The notes beneath the pieces are model-generated. The model made no database searches and was not told the origin of the DNA. It saw nothing but the letters and a program-made list of their open reading frames with translations. Below are positions 1 through 9,742 of a stretch of 64,000 bases of DNA, one piece after another (the first letter of the stretch is position 1; each line of letters starts with the position of its first letter). Made by a program: the position numbers and the translations under genes. Origin of the DNA: Bacillota bacterium (GTDB lineage Bacteria; Bacillota; DTU025); contig JBMNJT010000004.1 of NCBI GenBank assembly GCA_050951805.1, positions 64,001 through 128,000 on the forward strand, in the 5' to 3' direction.

Positions 1-487
1 AGGACTCTAAAGATTCAATCATTATAGGGAAACCGGAGCCCACTCCCTTTATCAACTTCCTGTCGTCGGCCGTTGCTGAGGTAAAACCGGGCATCATAGC
101 CTGGCTCTTAGCGGGTATGCCAGGTCCATGATCTGATATGCGCACAACATTGCCATCGGGCATGATCGTAATTACTGCATCTTTGAATCCGGCGTGTATC
201 AGGTTTTCGATGGCTTCCCTCAGAACAACAAAGGGCATGGATCCCCCTTTTTCTTTGCAGAAGGCGTATACCCTGGATGATGCTTCATCCACAAAGGACG
301 CAAAGCTATCGGATGAGAGATCAATTGTGCGAGGGAGAATCGACATTGAATCATAAGTTGCTATGCGCAATGTGTACGCCGGAGCGGACTCAGGCGCTAT
401 TGCCGATACTTCGGCGACCGAGTCCTCTGTCTGGCTTTTCTCTCCATTCATCCTGCCAAATAGGAACTTGAACAAAGCCACTTGCAT
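1..487 (-). CDS. GHKL/HATPase_c-type ATP-binding protein (partial, runs off the window start)
   Basis: Not in the ORF track; hand translation from ATG487 (or GTG481, better spaced from AGGAGG) is open to the window edge and contains LREAIENLIHA (N box), VRISDHGPGIP (G1), GFTSA (F) and KGVGSGFP (G2). Confidence 0.8.
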   Translation of the reverse strand, partial: MQVALFKFLFGRMNGEKSQTEDSVAEVSAIAPESAPAYTLRIATYDSMSILPRTIDLSSDSFASFVDEASSRVYAFCKEKGGSMPFVVLREAIENLIHAGFKDAVITIMPDGNVVRISDHGPGIPAKSQAMMPGFTSATADDRKLIKGVGSGFPIMIESLES

Positions 488-522
488 AGCCTCCTGGCTT
501 CAACACTCTCCGCTCCACTATT

Positions 523-1320
523 TCATCCACAGGTTATCCACACGAAAATGTGGATAACTTTAGCGCCAGCTAAAATGGTCCGGAATTGATCGACAATTAT
601 TGACTATTGCTCGAATGCTGCTAGTCGGGTTTACAAGATTCTCGAAATATCACGTTTTCACCATGAAGTTATCCACAACGTTTTCCACAGCTGTTGAAAA
701 GTCGTCGGAAAGCGGAGTCCGCATATTGTTTATAACATATCATCCACAAGTATTCCACAGAGACCTGTGGATATCCTACCGCCAGCAGATTCGGGGCGAA
801 CATATGTTTTAGCTGGCTTTTCGCCAGTCAAAGGCGGCTTTCACAATTATCCACAGATGGTTTTGGGAAAGTTTTTGCCCGAATATCGGCGGTTGTGGGA
901 AATCCACGAACTTCACACAGGTTATCCACAGGGATATCCACAGACTGTGCATAAAAGGGCGCATAACTGGCGATAATCATTGGTGTATGAATTCGCGAGC
1001 GAAAAGTCGGTATGTTTGTACACACTATCATAACAGAGCGAGAAGAGATCAAATCGAGCAACACAGCTTTTCACTACTACAACGCCTCAATGCCCGGCAA
1101 TATATGGCGTGAGACAGCGGACCCTTTGGCGCGGGTTTGCAGCGATAATGGGATGAAACTGATCATCGCGGGTGATCCACAAAGAGTTACCGGCGATCGA
1201 GGCTTGATAAGTCGGGATGCATTCTTGCAAGATCCACGAGCATCTATTGCTAAGAGTGAGCGCTTTGGTTGCCAATTGAGCCGAAATGCTTCTTGCGAGT
1301 TGTCCACAGCATGTGAATTG
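523..1320. promoter_or_regulatory. DnaA-box cluster, part of oriC
   Basis: Perfect TTATCCACA at 534-542, 669-677, 847-855, 922-930 and TGTGGATAA at 549-557; near-matches such as TTTTCCACA 681, ATATCCACA 934 and TGTGCATAA 946, with weaker ones to about 1320; adjacent to rpmH. Confidence 0.9.
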
Positions 1321-1566
1321 TCAGTTTTTGGAATGGACAGAAGCAGATGCGACTTATCAGAATGTGACAAACTGGAGAACTCAAAGAGTGAGGCTGCAAT
1401 AAATAGGTAGGATCGTGGCTAGTGGCCGACTTTGTCTCCGAGATTGAGAGAAGATACAATGAGCTGCGTGATGGAAGGTGCGCAGCACTAAGATGGGCTG
1501 AGTGTTGAAAAGCGCAGATGAGCAGAGATCACGGGGAAAGGGATATGAGGCAAGACAGGCTTTGGG

Positions 1567-1971
1567 GTAATCGTCAAACAGTGCCCGCCTGGGTTGATGC
1601 CCTGGAGTGTGCAATAATCCTCCTCGAGGAGACAAGCTTGGGGAGGTTTATCTATGTCAAAGAGTAAAGGTGAATAGATGTGGAAGGCAAGGATTGCCGA
1701 ATTCAAGGCTAGATGGATGAGCGGCAGGAATCGGTGCGGGTGTGCATAAGAACTGCAAAAGGATCTTCATGGTTCTGAAAGTGTTTGAGGGACTCCTGTG
1801 AGCAGCGCTCAAAAGGCACTTGGGGGTTTGGGGCGGCTGAGGCCCGAAGAAAAGCAAATGCAGATACGGAGATGGCACAACAACTGAAAATGGATCACAT
1901 TGAAAGGAATGCGAAACTCGCAAAGATCTGTTTCGGTTGGCGAGCCATCTTGGATTTGAGGGACGGCTGAC
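1567..1971 (+). mobile_element. Possible IS66-family remnant (TnpA fragment)
   Basis: Begins GTAATCGTC (IS66-like end); a broken frame reads MSKSKGE*MWKARIAEFKA, like the IS66 TnpA N-terminus; GACGGCTGAC near 1962-1971 resembles the opposite end. Confidence 0.4.
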
Positions 1972-2282
1972 AATCCGTTTCCCCCATGGGAAAAGCCCGT
2001 TTTGCAGCACGAAAAACAGGGCAACCGGCCCAAAGTGTAAAATGTTGCAAATAGTCCAAACAACGTGGATAGAACCACAAAAGCAGTTGTTTCGCTGGAA
2101 TGAAGCTGTTGAGAAATTGGGCGATTTGGGACAATTGAAGCTTGTTATAGACTACCTGCCTGACGAAGAGTTGATGCAAGCGTTAGAAAAAGTACGGGGC
2201 AATGGAAGGCATCATCTTTTAATATAAGACTACCGAGGGCCTTTGTCGGGGCTAATTATAGGTAAAAAACCTCAAAGTGCAA

Positions 2283-2870
2283 TCATGATGCCTTGAAGTA
2301 CGACCTGGCGTCCACGCGCCTTCTCACTTTGCTTGGTGTGTTGTAGGCGTATTCGAAAAACTTGCGTATCCTCTGTGGCAGCTCCTTGTCAACTGCATAC
2401 GCACTCTCTCGGGCGCAGTAGTCCCAGGGCCAAGCCCACATGTTCTCCTCTGGGTTCAGCTCTGGAGAATACGGGGGCAAGAAAATGAAATGGAGCCTAC
2501 CCTGGTATTTGCGCTCATACTCGGACGCTATGGACCTGTGGGGCGGGTAGTTGTCCATTATCATCCATACCTCTTTATCGGGGTTCCTGCGCATCAGCTT
2601 ATCGATAAACCGGCCTACATGCGGCGCCTTTATGCCTTCCCGGGATGAGTATATGGAGTAGTAGGGCTTGAAGGTCTTGAGTATCTCCGTAGCGCCTATG
2701 ACGTTGACTCCCTTGTGGTCCCCATTTGCCTCTGCATAGAGGGGAAGGCCTTTGGGAGCCCATCCGTAGAAATTGCTGGACTCCAGTCTGATTCCGGTCT
2801 CATCCAGGGCGAACAGGCAAACGTCATCTCTTTGGGAAAGCTCATCCACTAGTGCAGCAGCCCCTTTTCG
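2283..2870 (-). CDS. IS630 transposase OrfB (DDE domain), probably joined to OrfA by -1 frameshift
   Basis: FALDETGI, IMDNYPPH and FLPPYSPELNPEE motifs; overlaps OrfA at AAAAGGGG. Confidence 0.85.
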   Translation of the reverse strand, partial: RKGAAALVDELSQRDDVCLFALDETGIRLESSNFYGWAPKGLPLYAEANGDHKGVNVIGATEILKTFKPYYSIYSSREGIKAPHVGRFIDKLMRRNPDKEVWMIMDNYPPHRSIASEYERKYQGRLHFIFLPPYSPELNPEENMWAWPWDYCARESAYAVDKELPQRIRKFFEYAYNTPSKVRRRVDARSYFKAS

Positions 2871-3364
2871 AAGGATTCCTGGGCCTCCTTGTTCGCCCTC
2901 GAGGGGCGCTTGGTGCTTCTCTTGTGGGAATAGCCAAGCTTGTGCAGTATCTGCCGAATCCACTCATAGGAGTACTTCTTTCCGTAAGTATCAAAGATGT
3001 ACCTTTGAAGCACCCGGGTATCCCACCGGTTCTTGCTGTATCCATGATCCCTTGGGCTACGGTTCCTAACCGCATCGTCTACATCCTGAAGCATCTCCTC
3101 GGTGAATGAACTCTGGCTGCCGCCTCTGTGATCTATCGTGGCCTCCATGCCTTGCTTGTTCCACCGATTCACGTATCTCCAGACGGAGACACGCGAACAT
3201 CCAAGCGTCTGGGCTATGGTTTCCGCAGGGATGCCCTGAAGCGTCATGACCACTGCAGTCAGCGTTTGACGCGTATATGGTTTCTCGGCATGCGCCGCAA
3301 GCTTCGCAATCTCGTCGATTCCGAGTCCGTGCGTATTCGTAACTTTCATCCTTGGCATTGGCAT
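2849..3364 (-). CDS. IS630 transposase OrfA (HTH/winged-helix part)
   Basis: IAQTLGCSRVSVWRYVNRW helix-turn-helix and LHKLGYSHKR; ends just after the slippery run AAAAGGGG. Confidence 0.85.
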   Translation of the reverse strand: MPMPRMKVTNTHGLGIDEIAKLAAHAEKPYTRQTLTAVVMTLQGIPAETIAQTLGCSRVSVWRYVNRWNKQGMEATIDHRGGSQSSFTEEMLQDVDDAVRNRSPRDHGYSKNRWDTRVLQRYIFDTYGKKYSYEWIRQILHKLGYSHKRSTKRPSRANKEAQESFEKGLLH

Positions 3365-3850
3365 GTGCAGTCTCTCCCTTCAGCTGTTAGCCATTATACC
3401 AGCTAACGTGGCCTATGGGAGCTGGAAACTGTTCACTGCCGGGTTGCTTAGCTATAGAAAAGGAGCTATGCCAGGTTTGCGGCCTCGACATTACGCTGGG
3501 CGTGGAGGAAGCCCCCGCGTCGTCGGCATACACGAGATTCTTGTGCAACCCGATGAAGCATCAAGAAGGTTGATAGATTTGGGCAGGACAAAAACCAAAC
3601 AGGGGGATAGATTGCGTAGCCCTGTACAGGCTGTATAAAAGCAGCCTTTGACAAATTGAACAATGAGATGGGAGTGCGGTTACGTGAAGGTGCCCCTCTT
3701 CCCCCAGGGGGAGCCAAAAACCGCCTTCTGACACCTATCTCGGCAAATGATGCTCCTTCATTGCCAGGGAGGAAGCTGCTCTTGCTAAACTGTCTAACTC
3801 GCCTGCGCGGGAAATCCGCTACAACCCAAATCACGCGTCCTTGCGATTCC

Positions 3851-3879
3851 TTGACACCAATATGGGCCTAGCATATAAT
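3851..3879 (+). promoter_or_regulatory. sigma-A promoter of the rpmH operon
   Basis: TTGACA(3851-3856)-17 bp-TATAAT(3874-3879), perfect consensus. Confidence 0.9.
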
Positions 3880-3924
3880 TTACGCGGTATGCTGCCGGTG
3901 AGCTTGCAGGGAGGATAAGTTGAG

Positions 3925-4059
3925 ATGAAAAGGACATATCAGCCTAAAGTTAGGCGTCGAAACCGAGTCCATGGATATAGGAAGCGCATGAGCACGCCAG
4001 CGGGCCGCAACGTGATTAGGCGCCGCAGGGCGAAGGGGCGCAAGCGACTTACGGTGTAG
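3925..4059 (+). CDS. rpmH: 50S ribosomal protein L34
   Basis: Hand translation [44 protein letters not shown], 44 aa; GGAGG RBS. Confidence 0.98.
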   Translation: MKRTYQPKVRRRNRVHGYRKRMSTPAGRNVIRRRRAKGRKRLTV

Positions 4060-4170
4060 GCGCAGGGCGTCGCTGGTTTCTGGCCGTCGTCGGACGGCTT
4101 TTCCTTTAGTGGACACTCCCTATTAAATGCAGGGTGTTCTGTCTTCATTGGGCTGTTAGGAGGCCCGCCA

Positions 4171-4548
4171 ATGCCAACAGTGAGTTTGCGTCGAACTTCA
4201 GATTTTCAAAGAGCTTTCCGCGAAGGCAAGAGCGCCGCAGGACAGTATGTAGTGGTGTACGCTGTGCCTAATGGCTTGCCTGAAGTTCGCCTGGGGTACC
4301 CTGTGGGAAAGAAACTGGGCGGCGCTGTCAAGCGTAATCGTATAAAGAGGCTGTTGAGGGAAGCTGCGCGCCTCGCGCCCAACATGCCTGTCAGGGGATA
4401 TGACATGGTCTTCGTGCCGAGGCGAAAGATTGCAGATCCGAAAGTGCGCTGCCATGATGTTATTGGTGATTTGGAGAAGGTTCTTGACAGACTATTGCTC
4501 GAAACTGAGTTGGGAGAGCCGAGAAGCTGTGGCGGATCGGATGTATGA
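4171..4548 (+). CDS. rnpA: Ribonuclease P protein component
   Basis: KKLGGAVKRNRIKRLLRE RNR motif; synteny. Confidence 0.97.
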   Translation: MPTVSLRRTSDFQRAFREGKSAAGQYVVVYAVPNGLPEVRLGYPVGKKLGGAVKRNRIKRLLREAARLAPNMPVRGYDMVFVPRRKIADPKVRCHDVIGDLEKVLDRLLLETELGEPRSCGGSDV

Positions 4549-4551
4549 GGG

Positions 4552-4785
4552 TTGGAGGGGCAGCAAATGTGGGCAGTCCGGATCGAGCTAGGGTTGATTC
4601 GTTTTTACAGGACATGCATATCTCCGCTTAAAAAGTATCCGTGTTGTCGCTATGTTCCAACATGTTCGCAGTATGCTGAAGAAGCGGTCAAGAAGTACGG
4701 TGTTATTCGAGGCACATGGCTGGCTATGAAGAGACTGGCAAGGTGCCACCCGTTCAGCGCTGGGGGATACGATCCTGTCAAGTAG
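4552..4785 (+). CDS. yidD: Membrane protein insertion efficiency factor
   Basis: [14 protein letters not shown]...[13 protein letters not shown]. Confidence 0.96.
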   Translation: MEGQQMWAVRIELGLIRFYRTCISPLKKYPCCRYVPTCSQYAEEAVKKYGVIRGTWLAMKRLARCHPFSAGGYDPVK

Positions 4786-4831
4786 GCGTGATGAACAAAT
4801 GGCGATAGCTAGGGCAGAAAGCCAAGCCTAA

Positions 4832-5485
4832 GTGCGAAAGGGGGATCCGCCAGTGGGCATCACTGGAGTGATGCAGAGCATTCTGCGATTCTTCGCAGAA
4901 GGAACAGGCAACCTTGCATGGGCAATCATCATAGTAACGACTTTAATAAGAGCTGCGCTCCATCCTCTGCAGGTTAAGCAGGTCAGGCTAATGGAGCAGA
5001 TGAAAGAGATTACGCCGAAAGTGCAAGAGCTCGAGAAGAAGTACAAGGGGCAGCCTGAGGAATACCAGCGTCGGGTGGCGGAATTGTACCGTGACAATAA
5101 TGTAAACCCGGCGGTGGGATGTCTCAGCATGCTTATTCCGCTCCCGTTTTTTGTAATATTCTACCGCGTTTTGCAAGACACCGCGTTCATTGGCGGAATG
5201 CCGGAGGCTGCGAAGGGATTTTTATGGATAAAAGATTTCGCCCTCCCGGACGCATGGGCCCTTCCTATTTTATCAGCTGCAACAACATGGCTTTCGAGCA
5301 GGCAAACGGCTACGGATCCGTCACAGAAGTCCATGGCGATAATCATGCCCATATTTATGGGCTGGATTGCTATGAGAATGCCGGCCGGCGCGGCGCTGTA
5401 TTGGGTCACGAACAATCTGATCAGTGTGGTCCAGCAGTGGTTGATCCAGCGTCAACTGGCGGCGGCCAAGAAGGGAGTCAGCTAG
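4832..5485 (+). CDS. yidC: YidC/Oxa1/SpoIIIJ membrane insertase
   Basis: AIIIVTTLIR, NPAVGCL, LYWVTNNLISVVQQ. Confidence 0.95.
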   Translation: MRKGDPPVGITGVMQSILRFFAEGTGNLAWAIIIVTTLIRAALHPLQVKQVRLMEQMKEITPKVQELEKKYKGQPEEYQRRVAELYRDNNVNPAVGCLSMLIPLPFFVIFYRVLQDTAFIGGMPEAAKGFLWIKDFALPDAWALPILSAATTWLSSRQTATDPSQKSMAIIMPIFMGWIAMRMPAGAALYWVTNNLISVVQQWLIQRQLAAAKKGVS

Positions 5486-6256
5486 ATGGAGCCTGTCGAA
5501 GCAGTAGGCAAGACTGTCGAAGAGGCAGTTGAGTCGGGTTTGTCCACTCTGGGTTTGGCAAGAAGTCAGGTTGAAATAGAAGTCATAGATGAAGGATCTA
5601 AGGGATTGTTTGGGCTTGTCGGAAGGAGACACGCAAGGGTCGTTGTGCGCCCACTTGCCAACATAGAGAGCAAGGGAGAGGCTTATGAAGGCGCCATGGG
5701 CGCAGTCGAGTCTCCCGTGAGGGCTGAAGAGGATTTGGGCGGCATCGACGAAGATGACGATGAATGGAGAGGCGGGTCCAGTTTCGACGAGGACGATGCT
5801 AAAAGCAGTGGATATGTGTTCTTGGAGGAGCTGATCTCCCTGATGGGCGTAGATGTTGACATCACGGAGACCCGGTCTGAAGATATTACCCTGCTGGAAG
5901 TGGAGGGCAGATCTCTTGGCATGCTCATTGGCAGGCGAGGAGAGACGCTCGATGCAATACAATATCTGGTAAATTTGGCAGCCAACAGGGAGGCTCGGGC
6001 GTCCGGAAGCTCGGAGAGGGAGAGATACGTAGTCGATATCGGCAGGTATCGCAAGAGGCGAGAAGAGGTTCTCGAGAACAAGGCTTTGGAGCTTGCAGAA
6101 AGGGTAGTGCAGGAGCAAAGGGACGAAGTCATGGAGCCGATGTCTGCCCTTGAGCGACGTGTAGTCCACATGGCCCTCAGAGACTACGATGGCGTCGTTA
6201 CGCACTCGGAAGGCCGGGAGCCATATAGGCGAATAGTAATATCCCCCAAAGAGTGA
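5486..6256 (+). CDS. jag: Jag/EloR/KhpB RNA-binding protein
   Basis: GKTVEEAV Jag_N, LIGRRGETLDAIQYL KH domain, ERRVVH R3H motif. Confidence 0.96.
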   Translation: MEPVEAVGKTVEEAVESGLSTLGLARSQVEIEVIDEGSKGLFGLVGRRHARVVVRPLANIESKGEAYEGAMGAVESPVRAEEDLGGIDEDDDEWRGGSSFDEDDAKSSGYVFLEELISLMGVDVDITETRSEDITLLEVEGRSLGMLIGRRGETLDAIQYLVNLAANREARASGSSERERYVVDIGRYRKRREEVLENKALELAERVVQEQRDEVMEPMSALERRVVHMALRDYDGVVTHSEGREPYRRIVISPKE

Positions 6257-6290
6257 AAAGGATCGAGCGTATAAAGGGTGACGATGAATA

Positions 6291-6325
6291 GGAGTGCGTG
6301 TTTTAATGACGCGCACTTTCTTTTA
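6291..6325 (+). terminator. Intrinsic terminator after jag
   Basis: AGTGCG...CGCACT stem followed by TTCTTTT. Confidence 0.6.
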
Positions 6326-6434
6326 TGCTCTAGATGAGGAAGCCCGCTGCGGGATTTGGGGATGCCGATCGACTTGGTTGACACTCACGGAGATTGTGCG
6401 TGTGGTTAAAGTCTGAAGGAAGGGGGAAGCTCAG

Positions 6435-7910
6435 ATGTTCAGAGAGGATACGATAGCGGCTATTGCCACACCTCCCGGAATTGGGGGGATAGCCGTAATC
6501 AGGATATCTGGTCCCGAAGCGAAAGATGTGGCCCAGCGTGTTTTTGTGCCTGCTCGGCCAGGTGCGGCGTCAGACGGCGCGGCTGGGCTGTATCCTATCC
6601 GAGGGTGGTTATGCAAGTACGGACACGTGCATGATGCCTCAGGGGAGCTAATAGACGAAGCGATAATGACCTGGATGCCCGGGCCCACATCTTATACTCG
6701 CGAAGATGTGGCTGAGATAAGTTGCCACGGAGGAACTGCTGTGGCGCGCGCGGTCCTCGAAGCTACTCTGAAGGCAGGTGCGCGCATTGCTCAACCAGGC
6801 GAGTTCACGCGGCGGGCGTTTCTGAACGGGCGGATCAGCCTTGAGCAGGCTGAAGCGGTGCTTTCCATGGTAAATGCCCGAACAGAGAGGGCTAGGAAAG
6901 CGGCCTCCTCATTTCTCGCCGGATCCCTTGGCGTGAAAGTGCGTGAAGCCGAAGAGAGCATCATTTCCCTGATGACGGTGATTGAGGCATCGCTCGATTT
7001 TCCGGAGGAGGATATACCCGACGTTGCGATGCAGGAGATTGCGGATGAATCGTCGCGGATCGCTGCCATGCTGGAGGAGGCGTGCCAGGAAGCATCTATG
7101 GGACGTCTGCTTTGGGAAGGGGCCTCTGTGGCCATAGTTGGAAGGCCTAATGTCGGGAAATCCAGGCTTCTTAACGCCTTGCTCAAGGAGGAGCGGGCTA
7201 TTGTGTCGGAATTGCCGGGGACAACGAGGGATGTGGTGTCTGAAGTTGCCAATATCCGCGGGATCCCTATAAGGTTGATAGACACAGCCGGAATGCGCGA
7301 TTCGGTCGATCCGGTGGAGCGAATCGGTGTTGAAAGGGCTAAGATAGCTCTGGCAGATGCCGACGTGGCACTTGCTGTTGTGGACGGGTCTGAGCCGCTC
7401 AACATGGCCGACGCGGAGATCGTGTCGCAGACACCGGAATCGCATACCATCGTCGTCGTAAATAAGTGTGACCTGGCTAACGTCATGGGCGATGAGGATG
7501 CGCGCCGAATCGCTGCCGGACGTCCTGTCCTCAGGGTTTCCGCGCTTACTGGCGAAGGGCTTGACAACTTGGAGGAGGCCATCGAGGCATTGGTGCTTGG
7601 GGATCGGGGTGCGGGTATAGCTGAGATTGGCGCGTTGGCCGGACAAGGGCTGCATGGCGGTCAAGCCGCAGATCAACGTGATGGGCTCGAAACAGAATCG
7701 GAAATGCTCGGCATGAGACGCGAAGATTGCTTGAGGCGCGCGGCACAATCCCTCAGAGATGTTGCCTGCGGCGTGGAGGAGAACATGCCGCCCGACATGC
7801 TGTCGATTGATTTGAGGTCGGCCCTGGATGCGCTGGGGGAGCTTACTGGCGAAACAACGAGAGAGGATATCGTGGATAGGATATTTGCCCAGTTTTGCGT
7901 CGGCAAGTAG
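6435..7910 (+). CDS. mnmE: tRNA modification GTPase MnmE
   Basis: DTIAAIATPPG, GRPNVGKS, DTAG, NKCD and C-terminal FCVGK. Confidence 0.98.
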   Translation: MFREDTIAAIATPPGIGGIAVIRISGPEAKDVAQRVFVPARPGAASDGAAGLYPIRGWLCKYGHVHDASGELIDEAIMTWMPGPTSYTREDVAEISCHGGTAVARAVLEATLKAGARIAQPGEFTRRAFLNGRISLEQAEAVLSMVNARTERARKAASSFLAGSLGVKVREAEESIISLMTVIEASLDFPEEDIPDVAMQEIADESSRIAAMLEEACQEASMGRLLWEGASVAIVGRPNVGKSRLLNALLKEERAIVSELPGTTRDVVSEVANIRGIPIRLIDTAGMRDSVDPVERIGVERAKIALADADVALAVVDGSEPLNMADAEIVSQTPESHTIVVVNKCDLANVMGDEDARRIAAGRPVLRVSALTGEGLDNLEEAIEALVLGDRGAGIAEIGALAGQGLHGGQAADQRDGLETESEMLGMRREDCLRRAAQSLRDVACGVEENMPPDMLSIDLRSALDALGELTGETTREDIVDRIFAQFCVGK

Positions 7911-7981
7911 GAGTCGAATACGGTTGTGCCTGACCGCATGGGCGATAGGCGGCATGTGAGAGACGGGGGGGTGAATCGGAA

Positions 7982-9742
7982 ATGGATTACGATGTCATAG
8001 TGATTGGGCTGGGGCATGCAGGTTGTGAAGCGGCTCTGGCATGCGCTCGGTTAGGATGTAGCACGCTTGGATTGACGGTGAGCATGGAGAACATAGCGCA
8101 GATGTCGTGCAATCCCTCACTAGGCGGACCCGCAAAAGCCCATCTCATTCGGGAGATAGACGCGTTGGGGGGAGAAATGGGCCTTGCTGCAGATGAGACC
8201 TTTATCCAGCTGCGGATGTTGAATACTTCAAAAGGCCCCGCTGTTCGTGGGTTGAGAGCGCAAATAGACAAGGCCGAGTATCAGGCGAGGATGAGGCGAA
8301 CGCTTCAGCGCCAGCCCGGACTGGTGCTCACACAAGCGACAGTGTATGACATCATCGTGCGCAATGGAAGAGTAGTCGGAGTGAGCACCGAGATAGGGGA
8401 GATTTCGTCCCGGGCAGTGATCCTTGCTACAGGAACACACCTGGGGGGCAGGGTCCACATGGGGGAGATGAACTACGAGTCAGGCCCCGACAGACAGCCG
8501 GCCGCCGTTGAGCTGGGAGAAAACCTGAGGCGGCGAGGATTCGCCATGTACCGCTTCAAGACAGGAACCCCAGCCAGAATAGATGGGAGGACCGTGGATT
8601 ACGATGCGACTCAGATCCAGTTGGGTGAGGAACTCCCATACGGCTTTTCGTATCTGCGACGGCCCTATCCGAGAGAGCAGATCCCATGCTGGCAAACGTG
8701 GACAAACGAAAGAACCCACGAAGTGATCAGGGAGAATCTTGATCGTGCGCCCATGTATACCGGCGCGATTACGGGGACAGGGCCGCGATATTGCCCTGCG
8801 ATTGAGACAAAGATTGTGAGGTTCCCTGACCGCCCTCGTCATCAGGTTTATGTGGAACCCCAGGGGCGCGGAAACGAGGAGATGTATCTGTCCGGTGTGT
8901 CGACAAGCCTTCCTGTCGATGTTCAGGAGAAGATGATCAGGACAATACGTGGGCTCGAGAATGTGCACATCATGAAGTACGGTTACGCCATAGAGTACGA
9001 CTGCATAGACCCGACTCAGCTGGCGCCTACGCTCGAGTCCCTGAAGATAGCGGGATTGTATTTCGCAGGGCAGATAAATGGGACCTCCGGTTACGAGGAG
9101 GCGGCCGCGCAGGGACTTGTGGCGGGAATCAATGCGGCGTTGAGTGTCCTTCGCCCTGATGAGCGGCTCTTGCTCGATAGATCAGAGGCCTATATTGGCG
9201 TACTCATTGACGATCTGGTCTCGAGGGGAACTGATGAACCATATCGGCTGATGACTGCACGGGCCGAGTACAGGCTTCTTCTGAGGCAGGACAATGCAGA
9301 TCTTCGGCTTACTCCCCGCGGAAGGGAGATTGGGCTAGTCGATGAGGACCGGTGGGAAAGGTTCGCTGCAAGGCGTAACGCCATTGAGCTGATTCGCAGT
9401 GGCGAAGAGCTTCCTGAGGCTCTCAGGGATTATGCTGAAGAGGCGACCGAACAGGTGGAGATAGAAAGCAAGTTTTCAGGTTATATTGCCAAACAGCGCC
9501 GTCAGGTGGAAGAGTTCAAAAAGCTTGAGAAATGGAAGATCCCTGAGGACATCGATTACACCAAACTGACGAGGCTATCGCGGGAAGCCCGTGAGCGCCT
9601 TGGGGTTGTTCGACCGTTTTCGGTTGGACAGGCATCGCGCGTGCCCGGCATTTCCCCCGCGGATCTGTTGGCTCTCACCGTTCACCTCAGAGAGATGACT
9701 TTGCAGGGACGAAAAGAGGAGGCAGCGAGGGACAATGGATGA
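7982..9742 (+). CDS. mnmG: tRNA uridine-34 modification enzyme MnmG (GidA)
   Basis: GLGHAGCEAA, SCNPSLGG, GPRYCP, AGQINGTSGYEEAAAQG. Confidence 0.98.
   Translation: MDYDVIVIGLGHAGCEAALACARLGCSTLGLTVSMENIAQMSCNPSLGGPAKAHLIREIDALGGEMGLAADETFIQLRMLNTSKGPAVRGLRAQIDKAEYQARMRRTLQRQPGLVLTQATVYDIIVRNGRVVGVSTEIGEISSRAVILATGTHLGGRVHMGEMNYESGPDRQPAAVELGENLRRRGFAMYRFKTGTPARIDGRTVDYDATQIQLGEELPYGFSYLRRPYPREQIPCWQTWTNERTHEVIRENLDRAPMYTGAITGTGPRYCPAIETKIVRFPDRPRHQVYVEPQGRGNEEMYLSGVSTSLPVDVQEKMIRTIRGLENVHIMKYGYAIEYDCIDPTQLAPTLESLKIAGLYFAGQINGTSGYEEAAAQGLVAGINAALSVLRPDERLLLDRSEAYIGVLIDDLVSRGTDEPYRLMTARAEYRLLLRQDNADLRLTPRGREIGLVDEDRWERFAARRNAIELIRSGEELPEALRDYAEEATEQVEIESKFSGYIAKQRRQVEEFKKLEKWKIPEDIDYTKLTRLSREARERLGVVRPFSVGQASRVPGISPADLLALTVHLREMTLQGRKEEAARDNG

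Larger units (their letters stand above)
2257..3456 (-). mobile_element. IS630-family insertion sequence
   Basis: Imperfect terminal inverted repeats TATAGGTAAAAAACC..AGTG and TATAGCTAAGCAACC..AGTG with TA at both ends; encloses HTH and DDE ORFs. Confidence 0.85.
1969..3794 (+). pseudogene. Decayed, internally deleted IS5/IS1182-like transposase interrupted by IS630
   Basis: Fragments EPQKQLFRW..LGDLGQLKLVIDYLPDEELMQALEKVRGNGR (about 2070-2210), ELCQVCGLD...SSAYTRFL (about 3465-3545) and C-terminal GRTKTKQGDRLRSPVQAV* (to about 3638) match a clostridial transposase family as I recall it; ends approximate. Confidence 0.65.

Noticed and set aside
961-3850. Remnant of dnaA between the boxes and rpmH
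   Set aside because: No Walker A, RDHTT or other DnaA motif in the minus-strand ORFs; the recognisable fragments are transposases.
5321-7955. Long antisense ORFs (5321-6316, 6909-7955; likewise 51446-52342, 56034-56948)
   Set aside because: Shadow frames opposite well-supported genes, with no recognisable motifs.
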